A stretch of 63,326 bases of DNA, filler included, from Octopus bimaculoides (Eukaryota), in NCBI RefSeq assembly GCF_001194135.2. It is 3 parts of 3 records of this genome, joined end to end, with 100 filler letters (N's around TTAATTAATTAA, not from the genome) between each part and the next. Parts side by side here need not be neighbours in the genome. Positions count along the whole stretch, not along the records: positions 25,107 to 47,551 come from NC_068993.1; positions 47,652 to 63,326 come from NC_068985.1; 1 more part is not named here. The stretch is one strand, 5' to 3'. Both the position numbers and the translations under genes were made by a program. The notes under the pieces were generated by a model. The model saw only the letters and a program-made list of their open reading frames with translations. It had not been told where the DNA came from and searched no databases. Shown here piece after piece: positions 40,213 through 51,605 of the stretch (position 1 is its first letter; each line of letters opens with the position of its first letter).

Positions 40213-42292
40213 ATGTAACGCTGATATATAATCGCAACGACGTCTTCAACAAAAAACTCTACACCGAATTCTGTCTGTTTCTGTATCATTGCAAAATATC
40301 CAGGAGAAATTGTTTATATCTGGCTGTGTTATGGTCTCTGGAAGTTGTTCTTTTGAAACAGGAATACCTTTCCACTGTGATTCCAGTATTAGATTAAAAT
40401 CAGGAACGAAATACAGGCTGGTGCCAGTCTGTTGGCACTCTTGCTGTGAGTCGCATTTCGACAACTTAATCTCCGTATTTTTTTTTCTCTCTCTCTCGTA
40501 AGAAATACTATAGGCACCTACCACTAGTAAATTTATATTTAGACAAACATAAAAATACACTTCACGTGGTCTTATATTTTTGGCTTTTGTTCTTGATTTT
40601 TTTTAGGTGGGGGGGGGGGGTATTTTCGTTACTTCAAATTCTTAGAAACAAACGAAAAAAAAAAAAAACAGAGAAACCCAACAAACAAGCAAACAAGAAA
40701 CGAAACAAAGCAAAACATATTTGTTACTTTGAGATTTCGAAAGTATCAAAATCAGAAGATTTTTTTTTATTTCTTTAATTGTTTAACACAAACACACGTA
40801 TATCTCATGAACTGTGACCTTGTTTAGCAGTTCTCTCTATTGTTAGGCATTCCAATTAAAAGAAATGTGGCATTCTCTACAGAATTGCAAAGGACGACTG
40901 CTATTATTTGACTTCGTTAATTCTTACCAAAACTACTTGGAGGCTTTTTTTGAATTGTTTGCAGTGAAAACGATAGCAGCGAGGTTTAAGCATTAACTGT
41001 AGAATCTCATATTAAATAACAGAAGTCTCAGGAGACTTTAGAGATTTCGATATAAATGAAAGTAGATTTAGCATACTATCTAGAGAATGGCGAATGTTAT
41101 TCCACAAAGAATGCTCTTAAACACGTGCCTAACTTTGCGTGTAATCCCATTAAGAGATTATAATGCCGCATTTAGGTAACTCGAAAATCTGGCGTTGGAA
41201 CCAATTAAGTTAACACTTCTCTTCTTTTTTTCTTTTCACCGAAGAATAATATTCTGAGACTTTCATGTGAAAATAACTTATGATATAGGACAAACCTTTA
41301 GCCTAGACTAATGAGAATTATGGCGAGACATGTATGACAAATAACCCTTTTATTACCAAATTTCTGCTGAAATATACTGCAGTTCTTTCGATTAATTTTG
41401 AAAAGAATGAAACATCTGATAAAATAATTTTGCTATTATTAAGCTGGTGTTTCCCAGCTCAAACCCCATCGAGTTCAACTTTGCTTTTCATCCTCTCAGG
41501 GTTGATAAAATAAAGTACCAGTCAAATACTAGGTCGATGTAATCGATTTGCCTCCTTCCCTCAATTTCTGCTGGCCTTGTGCTAAAATTAGAAAGCATTA
41601 TTAAAATAGTGTTCAGAACATAACCATGAAATTTTAATAGGAAGTTTTAATTTAGATCACTTTAAAACAGAGAATGTCTGTACTATAGAACCAGGGTCAG
41701 TATTAGGCATTTGTTAACTATATAAGGTAGAATACAAGAAACAAGAACAATAATTCCAGAGCTCTTTCTATATTGTTGCTGGAATATCACACTTCGATAT
41801 AACCAGTCATCAGGAGGACTACTGGCACAGACACGTATCATTATTGCAATAAATAGAAGGCTGGAGATGGAAGCCGACCCTTACTTTTTTAACCGACGAT
41901 GTTTATACCCAACATACATGAAGAACATCAGACCTCTCTATAGCCAATAATCAATACATTAAAGAGATCGAACCTCAGTATAAACAATATTTCAATGATA
42001 TTAGACCTCAATAAAGACAGCAAGGATATTTCACATCGATATAGTTAAATTGATCTTAAGGATCTCAGTCCTCAATATGGCTAGACACCACCATTATTTC
42101 AAGTATATCACACTTTAATTTAGACATTAACCTAAAAACCAATTTAGCTGCATCCAATAAACAATAGAAGTAACGCTGATATATACTCGCATCTACGTCT
42201 TCAACAAAAACTCTACACCGTATTCTGTCTGTTTCTGTATCATTGCAAAATATCCAGGAGAAATTGTTTATAAACTGGCTGTGTTATGGTTT
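40213..42292 (+). repeat. ~120-bp direct repeat pair ~1.96 kb apart (40213-40335; 42170-42292)
   Basis: gtaacgctgatatata..cgtcttcaacaaaaa..ctctacaccg..ttctgtctgtttctgtatcattgcaaaatatccaggagaaattgtttata..ctggctgtgttatggt occurs twice. Confidence 0.85.
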
Positions 42293-42930
42293 CGTGTTAT
42301 GATTCGTTTCGCCTGATTTTGAGATATTCAGCATTTTTTAACACTCGATGTCTAAAATGATATTTTGCAGCTAATAAGCATATAAACAAAACATACTTTA
42401 AGAATGTGACATTGATAATGGTTACATAATTAGAGATGCTTCTAATTCAAAATTTAATTTTGTTAACTTGTGCGGTGCTGTTGCACATCAACAGATAGAT
42501 TTCACGCTATCTGCATATAGACCTCAGACCAGTAATCCGAATTCGTTTCGCGGTGAATCGGGTATATAGTACCGATGAGCTGAAATGAGGGACCAAATAT
42601 CGCAGCTATTAAGTATATAAACAACATATATACATTAAATATGACATCAGTAATGTTTATATATATAAAGAATATCATACCTCGATATGGACAGGGATAT
42701 CACACTTTGATAAAAACATTTTCGATCAGGATCTTAAATGATATCAGACTTCAATAAAACCAACAATCAATTTTGAGATATTCAAAAATTTTTAACACTC
42801 AAAGATGTCATATCACGATATAGACAATATCCAATGTCTCAGGGATACCACGCTTAGATATGGATAATAATCAGTATCTTAATGATATCAATGCTTGATA
42901 TAACCGATGACCAATATTTCAAGGAGATAA

Positions 42931-43049
42931 GGCGCTGAGATGGCAGAATCGTTCGCACGCCGTGCAAAATGCTTAGCGGCATTTCGTCTGTCTTTATGTT
43001 CTGAGTTCAAATTCCATCCAGGTTGATTTTCGGGATCGATAAAATGAAT

Positions 43050-43050
<1 letters not shown>
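42931..43050 (+). mobile_element. SINE family 1, 3'-truncated
   Basis: ggcgctgagatggcagaatcgttcgcacgcc..gagttcaaattcc..gggatcgataaaatga. Confidence 0.8.
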
Positions 43051-43104
<54 letters not shown>

Positions 43105-43160
43105 GCAATATGAATAACAGTTAAAGCGACCACAGTGATGAGGGTGATGATGACATCAGC

Positions 43161-43700
43161 AACACCAATAACAAAAATAAAAACATCAACAACAATAATA
43201 TCGAAAAACAGTGAGTCGAAAAGGGAGCATCTACCTGGTCGTCCGACTTGCTCGTAATAACAGCCAATTTTTTCTTTAAACCAAACACTAGCGTCTTAAA
43301 CAATAGATTATATTTAGTCTGAAAAGAAAACTAAAAAGAAAAAATAACAAAATGGTCACGACAAGAACCTTTTGATAATAGGCTTCCAGGATCCGGAATG
43401 ACCCAGGGTTTAAACAACAACAACACCAATAACAAAAATAAAAACATCCACAACAATAATATCGAAAAACTGAGTCGAAAAGGGAGCATCTACCTGGTCG
43501 TCCGACTTGCTCGTAATAACAGCCAATTTTTTCCTTAAATAAAACACTAGCGTCTTAAACAATAGATTAAATTTAGACCAAAAAGAAAAAAAAATAACAA
43601 AATAGTCACGACAAGAACCTTATGATAATAGGCTTCCAGGATCCGGAATGACCCAGGGTTAAACAGCAACAACAACAATAACAACAATGATAACAACAAC
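43161..43700. repeat. ~260-bp tandem duplication containing the AAC-tailed repeat
   Basis: caacaccaataacaaaaataaaaacatc..gagcatctacctggtcgtccgacttgctcgtaataacagcc..ggatccggaatgacccagggtt occurs twice with high identity. Confidence 0.88.
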
Positions 43701-44186
43701 TACAAAAATTTTTATTTGGATGCTTTAACTAATCTACTCGTATTAAATTCTCTCGTCTCTATTGTTTAACCCCAGGACAGGCCTATTGGTCAAAGCCCCG
43801 CCAGCTATGACCATCCCAACTTTATTTTATGTATTAGTAAACAATTGGCCAAGACGTTAGCGTATTGGGCAAAAATACTTTGTGGTATTTGTCTCGCAAC
43901 TCTGTGTTTCGAGTTCAAATACCGCTGAGGTCAGTTTTGCCGTTCATCCTCACAGGATCGATAAAATAAAGGACCATTCCAGAACTATGATTGGTAGAAT
44001 TGTTAGAACATTAGATGAGGTACCTTGTGGTATTGCTGTCTCTGCTGTTTGCGTTCTGAGTTCTTGGATGATCACCCGGTCATGGGGTATCTTGGTTACC
44101 TTTCGTAATGCCTACTCTGTTGCAAGTTTTGAGGTCAAGTCTCCAGTTTAAAGATCCCTTCCTTTCCTGTCTGTCTTTCTCTGTCG

Positions 44187-44218
<32 letters not shown>

Positions 44219-44895
44219 NNNNNNNNNNNNNNNNNNNNNNNNNNNNNNNNNNNNNNNNNNNNNNNNNNNNNNNNNNNNNNNNNNNNNNNNNNNNNNNNNC
44301 GCAACTCTTCCCTTCTTTATTAAACCATAAAAAAAATCTATCATTACGCTGTCTAAAGTATCCTTCTTTTTTAAAAATAAGTACTTAGCTGCTATTTCTT
44401 GCTGATTGAGCAGTCACTTTCTATACTGACGTCATTTTGTATACTATCGTCGTCCTCGTCATCGTAAGCCTCAGGTCAGCCTTGATAGAACACACCTATG
44501 TTCATAGCCAGTCAACTTGTGGCCATCTAGTATTATTACCAAACAGCGGGCATCCAGCCCGAACTTCTCCTTTTAAGACAGTAGGGTGTGATTTGTGTGG
44601 GATTTGGTTGCTATTTCTAGCAGGTCGGGTGACCGTATTGAGATACCCTTGTTGGTTCGTTATTTCAGGCTTGACTTTTAAAGGTTCATTGTTTTGGTTG
44701 TTGTGTAATCCCAGGTCAGTTCTGATTCAGTAAACCTTTCATCAAAACCGTTCCAGCCACAGCCACCACACCTTTTTTTTTTCAAGCATTGTGCTCCGAG
44801 GAACAACAACAGATGACATCCCTTTTCTAAGACAGTTAAACGTAATTGACGGGGATTTGGTTGAAATTTCCAGCGTGCCAATCAAGCATATCGAT

Positions 44896-45320
44896 CAGTC
44901 ATGGGCAATCTACGACCCGTAGGACTTTCTGAATAGCACGCCTAAAGAAAAATTACCAAAAACGTTTTTAACAGTGTGGGCCGCCTGACGACGAGCTACA
45001 TCTGATGCGACTCACCTGACGATGGTCCACGTCTCATGTGGCCCGCCCGACGATGACCCACATCACATGCAGCCTGCCTGACGATGAACCATATCTCATG
45101 CGGCCTGCTTGACGATGATCTGTATCTCATGCAGCCCACCTGACGATGATTTACATCTCATGTGGCCTCCATGACGATGAACCACAGCTCATGCGGCCCG
45201 CTTGACAATGAGTCATATCTCATGCGGCCTGCCTGACGATGACCTACATCTTATGCGGCCCGCCTGACGATGAACCATATCCCATCCAGCCCGCTTCTGA
45301 AAAAAGTTTGCTTGTGCCTG
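44896..45320. mobile_element. hAT-like MITE with internal 31-bp array
   Basis: The ends cagtcatgggcaa and ttgcttgtgcctg form an imperfect CAG..GCAA TIR. The flanking 8-mers atatcgat / atacagag match at 5 of 8 positions. Subterminal gcggcccgc motifs are present. Confidence 0.6.
44978..45293 (+). repeat. 31-bp minisatellite, 10 units
   Basis: The (t/c)gac(g/a)a core occurs at 44986, 45017, 45048, 45079, 45110, 45141, 45172, 45203, 45234 and 45265. The consensus is ~cctgacgatgaaccatatctcatgcggcccg. Confidence 0.95.
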
Positions 45321-45825
45321 ATACAGAGGCTGTCAAGGGCTTGTGATTAAATGTGGAAATGGCATCCAATCTTACCAAATTTCTTGTAAACTAATTCGTT
45401 AAAGGTCAATAACAAAAGAACAGTTCCGGCATTTCTTCGATCGTAGAAGAAGCAAAGAAATTCTGATATTCCCTTCCATTTTTACAAGACAGGAGGAACC
45501 AACCTTTAACCTTGAAAAAGAAAAGACAAAGAAAAAAGAAACCCTTCTTGACACATGCCAATTTTGTTGTTTTGTCAGTGAAGGTCAGGATTGGGTTGGC
45601 TATAGCATACCCAATTCTGAGACAATGGTTTTGATATATTATCAACCGTCATCTACCCGCGACATAGTCACACTTACACATTCATACATACTCATATACA
45701 CACACCTACGAACATGCACATATGTGCACGTGTATACATATAGGCAGCCTCACGCGTGCATGCACACTGATATACAGACAGATAAGTACACACTCATGCA
45801 TGCGTACAGGTATTCAATTGCTCAT

Positions 45826-45863
<38 letters not shown>

Positions 45864-45969
45864 GCATATGCATACGCGCTTGCGTAGTCACAGATGTATG
45901 CCAGAATCAGACATGTTCACGTAAACACAGATACACAAATCCATACACACTCTCTGTCTCATGCATAAA

Positions 45970-45970
45970 G

Positions 45971-46001
<31 letters not shown>

Positions 46002-46037
46002 CTCTCTCTCTCTCTCTCACACTCATACACACATCTA

Positions 46038-46068
<31 letters not shown>

Positions 46069-46200
46069 TCTCTCTCTNNNNNNNNNNNNNNNNNNNNNNN
46101 NNNNNNNNNNNNNNNNNNNNNNNNNNNNNNNNNNNNNNNNNNNNNNNNNNNNNNNNNNNNNNNNNNNNNNNTCTCTCTCTCACACTCATACACACATCTA

Positions 46201-46231
<31 letters not shown>

Positions 46232-46266
46232 TCTCTCTCTCTCTCTCACACTCATACACACATCTA

Positions 46267-46297
<31 letters not shown>

Positions 46298-46310
46298 TCT
46301 CTCTCTTACA
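45970..46310 (+). repeat. Higher-order repeat of (CA)n(CT)n plus cacactcatacacacatctatt
   Basis: The spacer occurs at ~46017, ~46180 and ~46247; a gap lies inside the array. Confidence 0.8.
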
Positions 46311-46631
46311 CACACGCACACACGCACACTCTGTCACATACACACACACTGTCACACACACATAAGCACATACATATACATATTCTATCTCTCACACACA
46401 GTAACATGCACACACACTAACACAAACACACACATGCGAACACACAAACACGTACACACTCTCTCACACACACACACGTACACACACTCTCTCACACACA
46501 AACATACACATAAACACACACTCTCTCTCTCTCACATTCACACGTACATATACTCACACACATATATACACACACATACACGTTGTGTCACACACACTCT
46601 CTGTCTCTGTCTCTCTGTCTCTCTGTCTCTG

Positions 46632-46667
<36 letters not shown>

Positions 46668-46695
46668 TCTCTCTGTCTCTCGGTCTCTCTGTCCC

Positions 46696-46765
<70 letters not shown>

Positions 46766-47082
46766 GCTCATACAGATACACACATATACATACCAACAGG
46801 TAGTGCTGGTAAAACAAGAGAAATTTGAAACGTTCAAGCTGTTTTGTCTTGATTCTCGTCGGTTCTGATTCTAACTATTTCTTATCAATTCGTCCTCATA
46901 ATGTCTTTTCTAGATTAACGGACGGGAAGTGGTGGAGTAGATTAAAAGATTCAATAAAACCCAACGAACAAAAAATGGATGTCATTTTAACTTATAATGG
47001 TTTCTAAGGGAGAATGACGTCAGGCGATAACACTGACCTCTGGCATTGACTGCTGCATCGTATTATATTAACCCCGGAAGAG

Positions 47083-47307
47083 GGCGGTGAGCTGGCAGAA
47101 TCGTTAGCACGCTGGACGGAATGCTTAGCGGTATTTCGCCCGTCGCTACGTTCTGAGTTCAAATTCCGCCGAGGTCCACTTTGCTTTTTATCTTTTCGGA
47201 GTCGATAAATTAAGTACCAGTTGAGTGTTGGCGTCTATGTAATCGACTTAACCCTCCCCTCTACTCACCATATTTCAGGCCTTGTGCCTATAGTAGAAAG
47301 GATTATA
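47083..47307 (+). mobile_element. SINE family 1 nested in an older antisense family-1 copy (47030-47425)
   Basis: A full copy is flanked by attatatt(a/g)acc..gga at 47062-47082 and 47302-47322. The older minus copy resumes at gatatgaaaagtaaagttgatttcggcaggatttgaactcagaac. Confidence 0.8.
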
Positions 47308-47551
47308 TTGACCTTGGAGGGATATGAAAAGTAAAGTTGATTTCGGCAGGATTTGAACTCAGAACATAAAGAACTGCAACAAAACTGCTAGGCGTCTTGT
47401 TCAACGCTCTTACTATTGTGCCTATTCATCCTTACAGTAACAACAACAACAACAACAACAAACAAACAAAATAGCAACAACAAGCAAATAAAATAACAAC
47501 AACAATAATAATTCTTTCATAGGCACAAGGTTTGAAATTTTGGGGGTGGGG

Positions 47552-47651
47552 NNNNNNNNNNNNNNNNNNNNNNNNNNNNNNNNNNNNNNNNNNNNTTAAT
47601 TAATTAANNNNNNNNNNNNNNNNNNNNNNNNNNNNNNNNNNNNNNNNNNNN
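47552..47651. other. Artificial scaffold-join spacer
   Basis: 44 N + TTAATTAATTAA + 44 N. Confidence 0.9.
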
Positions 47652-47894
47652 GGGTATAGCTGATCATGTATGGCAAAATGGAAACCACCTCCCCCTGTAG
47701 GATGAAGTTAAAATAATAGACAGGGAACAACACCGGAAAATACGAAAACTAAAAGAAGCAGCACATATGCTAGGACACAACAACCTCCTAAGCAGACCGA
47801 GTGCAGATATGAATAACATATGGGAACCGGTATTGAGGAAGGATAGAAAAATAATAGATTTTTAAGCCCTAAAATTCACTCCATAATTGCCCAC

Positions 47895-48180
47895 GGTCAT
47901 ATGGCGTAATGGTTAAGAGCGCGGGCTACTAACCCCAAGATTCCGAGTTCGATTCACTGCAGCGACCTGATTAATAATAGTAATAATAGTAATAATAATA
48001 ATAATAGTAACATCGTTAGGAATGAGAACCCAGGTTCAAAATTTCCCCAAGACACCTGACGAAGGCTGGAAGGTATATCAGCCGAAAGTTGTCTTAACAA
48101 CAAACAAGATGAGGACAAATATCCGTCAAATGTAAATAATGTAAATAATGTAAATAATTCCTCATCTCTTAAATATAGAA

Positions 48181-48183
<3 letters not shown>
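47895..48183 (+). mobile_element. Composite SINE family 3: tRNA-like head, (AAT)n, hammerhead-bearing tail
   Basis: The head has box A tggcgtaatgg, an arm gggctactaaccc, box B gagttcgattc and ggtc/gacc ends. An internal AAT tract follows. The tail ends aatatagaactg and is homologous to 62937-63120 on the minus strand. Confidence 0.8.
48049..48095 (+). ncRNA. Minimal type I hammerhead ribozyme motif (degenerate at stem III)
   Basis: aagacac CTGACGA a ggctg gaaggtatat cagcc GAAA gttgtctt. Stem II is perfect; the C of ACGT is missing relative to the other copy. Confidence 0.55.
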
Positions 48184-48270
<87 letters not shown>

Positions 48271-48296
48271 AATAAGAAGAAGAAGAAGAAGAAGAA

Positions 48297-51120
48297 TATG
48301 GACATGTAGGGGAAATGGGGGAAATGAACTGACTAGTTAAGGAAATGCTTGAAATTCAAAGATGACTCACTGGCTTGATGAATGCTCCAGATGAAAAAAT
48401 CCCCATAAATATGAGAAGGGTAGATAGGAGTATCATAAATAAAGTAACACAAAAGATAAATATTGTCATACCATACATTGAGACGGAGAACATAACACAA
48501 ACAAAGAATCTTCTCTGAGCTATCGCGCTACTTGTTGAGAAGAAATTACAACTTAAAAGAATAAAAAATGGTGGAGCAAAAGAACCATGGTGGAAACGAC
48601 GCATTGAAAGGGACATAATGCGGGCTTTACAAGATCTAGGTAAAATTGAGCAATGGTTAAGAGAAAACTGGAAAAATGGGAAAAAGACCAATCGAGAAAA
48701 GTTAGAGAAGAAATATAAAATACGGAAGAACGGGTTTCATGCAGGAATAGAGCAGTTAAAACTGGCATAAAAGTTTTAACATGGCAAAAAGCCAGATCAG
48801 AAGATTTGTGAACGGAATGAAGTTGTTCTAGTAGAACAGTTTGTTCAAACATAACCCAAAGCAATTCTAACAAACGTTAGGAGACAATGGGGAAAATGTT
48901 GCTCCTGATGGAATTCAAACTAAGGAATTCTGGAGCGGATTATGGGTAAACAATGTAGTGCATAAAAGGGATGCAATGTGGATAGCAACTATCAAGACAG
49001 AATTACAAGGAAGAAAGAAAGAGAGGAATATTGTCAGAAGCACGTTTGACGTGAAAGAACAAGTGGGTAAAGTGCCTAACTGGAAAGCTTCTGGACCAGA
49101 TAAGATTCTTGGCGTCTGGCTGAAGAGATGTCACGCGATGCATGAAAGACTAGCAGCCCAATTGAATGAGTGTGTCCAGAAAGGTTCAGTCCCCGCGTGG
49201 ATGCTGACTGGGAGGACAACACTTATAATGAAAGCTAGAAGAAAGGGGAATATTGTGGGAAACTACCGTCCCATAGCATGCCCAAACATAATCTGGAAGT
49301 TACTCACTGAAATATGTGCGGTAAAGACATATACTTTCCTGGCACAGGAAGAAATACTACCAAGCGAACAAAAATGATGTAGGAAGAGTTCTCGATAAAA
49401 GAGATGTGAAGCATTGTAAAATACATAATACAAACATGTCTATGACTTGGATTGACTTTAAGGAGGCATATTATATGGTGCCTCATTCTTGGATTGTTGA
49501 ATGCTTGCAGATGTTTGGTGTTGCTGACAACATCACAAATTTTCTGATGCGTAGAATGAAAGAATAGAAAACCAAATTGTACTCAAATAATGTATTCCTT
49601 GGAGAAGTTCATATTAAAAGGGGAATCTTCTAAGGTGACTCGCTTTCTCCGTTACCTTTTGTAATTTNNNNNNNNNNNNNNNNNNNNNNNNNNNNNNNNN
49701 NNNNNNNNNNNNNNNNNNNNNNNNNNNNNNNNNNNNNNNNNNNNNNNNNNNNNNNNNNNNNNNNNNNNNNNNNNNNNNNNNNNNNNNNNNNNNNNNNNNN
49801 NNNNNNNNNNNNNNNNNNNNNNNNNNNNNNNNNNNNNNNNNNNNNNNNNNNNNNNNNNNNNNNNNNNNNNNNNNNNNNNNNNNNNNNNNNNAGAGACATC
49901 GTTAGGGAATTTGGGATATAAAAATAGTGAAGAAAGCATCCTGCAGAGGATTGCGGTTACCATCAGGAGAGACCATGGATGATTCCGACGGCAGTGGATA
50001 TAAATATTTAGGGATTTTGGAACTGGACATAATTCTACACAGTGAAATGAAAAACATGGTCAGCAAGGCGCATCAAAAAAGGATGATGATGGAGTTGAAA
50101 TTCAATTTGAATGCCAAAGATTTGATTACCGCAATAAATATCTGGGCAGTTGCGGTGGTCAGATATATTGCGTCCATCCTCAAATGGACTAAGGAGGAAA
50201 TATCAATACTGGTTAGAAGGACGAGAAAGTTGATGCCGCGAAAGATATGGGTGAAATGATGGTCAACGAAGAGTTTAACTAAAGAGCTGAGAAGAAGAGA
50301 AAAGAAAACCTTGAAATGAGAATGCATAGACATAAGGATAATACAGCATCGTTGGCATGGCTTGAGCGGGGTAATCTGAACCGTACCATCGAAAGCCTGA
50401 TTATTGCTGCACAAGACCAGGCTCTCGCTACCAATTAAGTGAAGTATAACATCTATAAAACTTCTGACACCCAAAAATGCAGACTCTGCGGAGTGTGGAA
50501 AATGTGACCCACTTGGTAAGTGGATGTGAGAGCCTTGCGCAAAAAGAATACAAACGCCGCCACGATGAAGTGTGTGTATCTTCATTGGCTATTATGTCGT
50601 AAATACCAATATGAAGTAACAGAGAACTGGTATGAGCATGTCCCAAGGAAAGTTATGCAGGAGGATGGAAAAGTAACGATAGTCTGGGGGTATGATTTTC
50701 AGAAGGATCGTGTAATCGAACACCGTCACCCGGATATTGTCATATTGAATAAGAAGAGACAAATACCGTCAGATCATTGATGTTGCCATGCCAAATGACA
50801 TGAATGTTGTGAGTAAAGAGGTTGGAAAGATCACCAAGTACTCCGAGTTAAAAGTGGAAATGGTAGAACTGTATGGAATACAAGAAGGTAATGTAAAACT
50901 GATACCAGTGGTGATCGGAGCGTTGGGCCCAATCCCATTGAAACTTCAAGACTTCTTAAGGCAACTGCAAATCCCATTAAAGATTGATGTCTTGCAAAAA
51001 GCAGCCTTATTGGGTACAGTGCACATCTTAAGGAAAGTATTCTCTGTCTGAGGTCTTTGTTGTAACTTGACAGATGACTAAAGACTTCGGTGCATTTTTA
51101 CTCACTCTGTGTTACGAAGG
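48297..51120 (+). mobile_element. R4/Dong-type family B copy 1 (5'-truncated, disrupted RT, CCHC knuckle, endonuclease, 3' UTR)
   Basis: It reads PNWKASGPD, NYRPIAC, WIDFKEAYYMVPHSW, IKRGIF, YKYLGILE, AINIWAV, AAQDQAL, EYKRRHD, HRHPDI, IPVVIGALG and QKAALLG. It is preceded by (AAT)(GAT)(AAG) and followed by AAT. Confidence 0.92.
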
Positions 51121-51130
51121 AATAATAATA

Positions 51131-51345
51131 GTAATTGGTGCACTTTGAAGTATCGGCATTTAACTACCAACATGGCTGAAAAAGATTGATGTAAATATGA
51201 AGGTAGAACACCTACAAAAATCAGCACTGGTTGGAACTGCAAGAATTCTTTGCAGGGTTCTTAAATCACGCCTAGTAAACAAGTGTCACCTTAGTCTGCT
51301 GGCTGTGGACAGCTAACACTTTCCATCATACCCAGCAAAATAAGC
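51131..51345 (+). mobile_element. R4/Dong-type family C, 3' end
   Basis: It reads VIGAL..WLKKIDVNMKVEHLQKSALVGTARILCRVL, with a distinct 3' UTR, and follows (AAT)3. Confidence 0.75.
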
Positions 51346-51364
51346 AGTGCGTTTTCCTGTCAGA

Positions 51365-51490
51365 GGTCCGTGTTGCCGAGTATTTGATAAATAGTGATGA
51401 AGACCTGCTGCAATATGCCGCGAAAGCTATGGGTGAAATGATGGGCAAGGAAGAGTTTAACTAAAGAGCTGGGAAGAGAAAAGAAGACCT
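51365..51490 (+). mobile_element. Family B internal fragment
   Basis: gccgagtatttgataaatagtgatgaag..atatgccgcgaaagctatgggtgaaatgatg. It matches 50236-50300, 60100-60145 and 62910-62936. Confidence 0.8.
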
Positions 51491-51547
51491 CGGTGGACAC
51501 AATATCTTCAATCAACAACCTCACGATATTGTACACTGTGCGACCTC

Positions 51548-51605
<58 letters not shown>

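Noticed and set aside
44978-45293. 31-bp array as a CRISPR
   Set aside because: There are no unique spacers or cas genes, and the context is eukaryotic.
680-47000. Long ORFs rich in X, HT/YI/CV/SL dipeptides or homopolymers
   Set aside because: They are translations of N gaps and microsatellites.
46914-47007. Exon candidate after a strong acceptor (LTDGKWWSRLKDSIKP..)
   Set aside because: It is isolated among repeats with no supporting evidence.
47895-47970. Functional tRNA gene
   Set aside because: The acceptor and T stems pair poorly, there is no T-run terminator, and it is attached to a SINE body.
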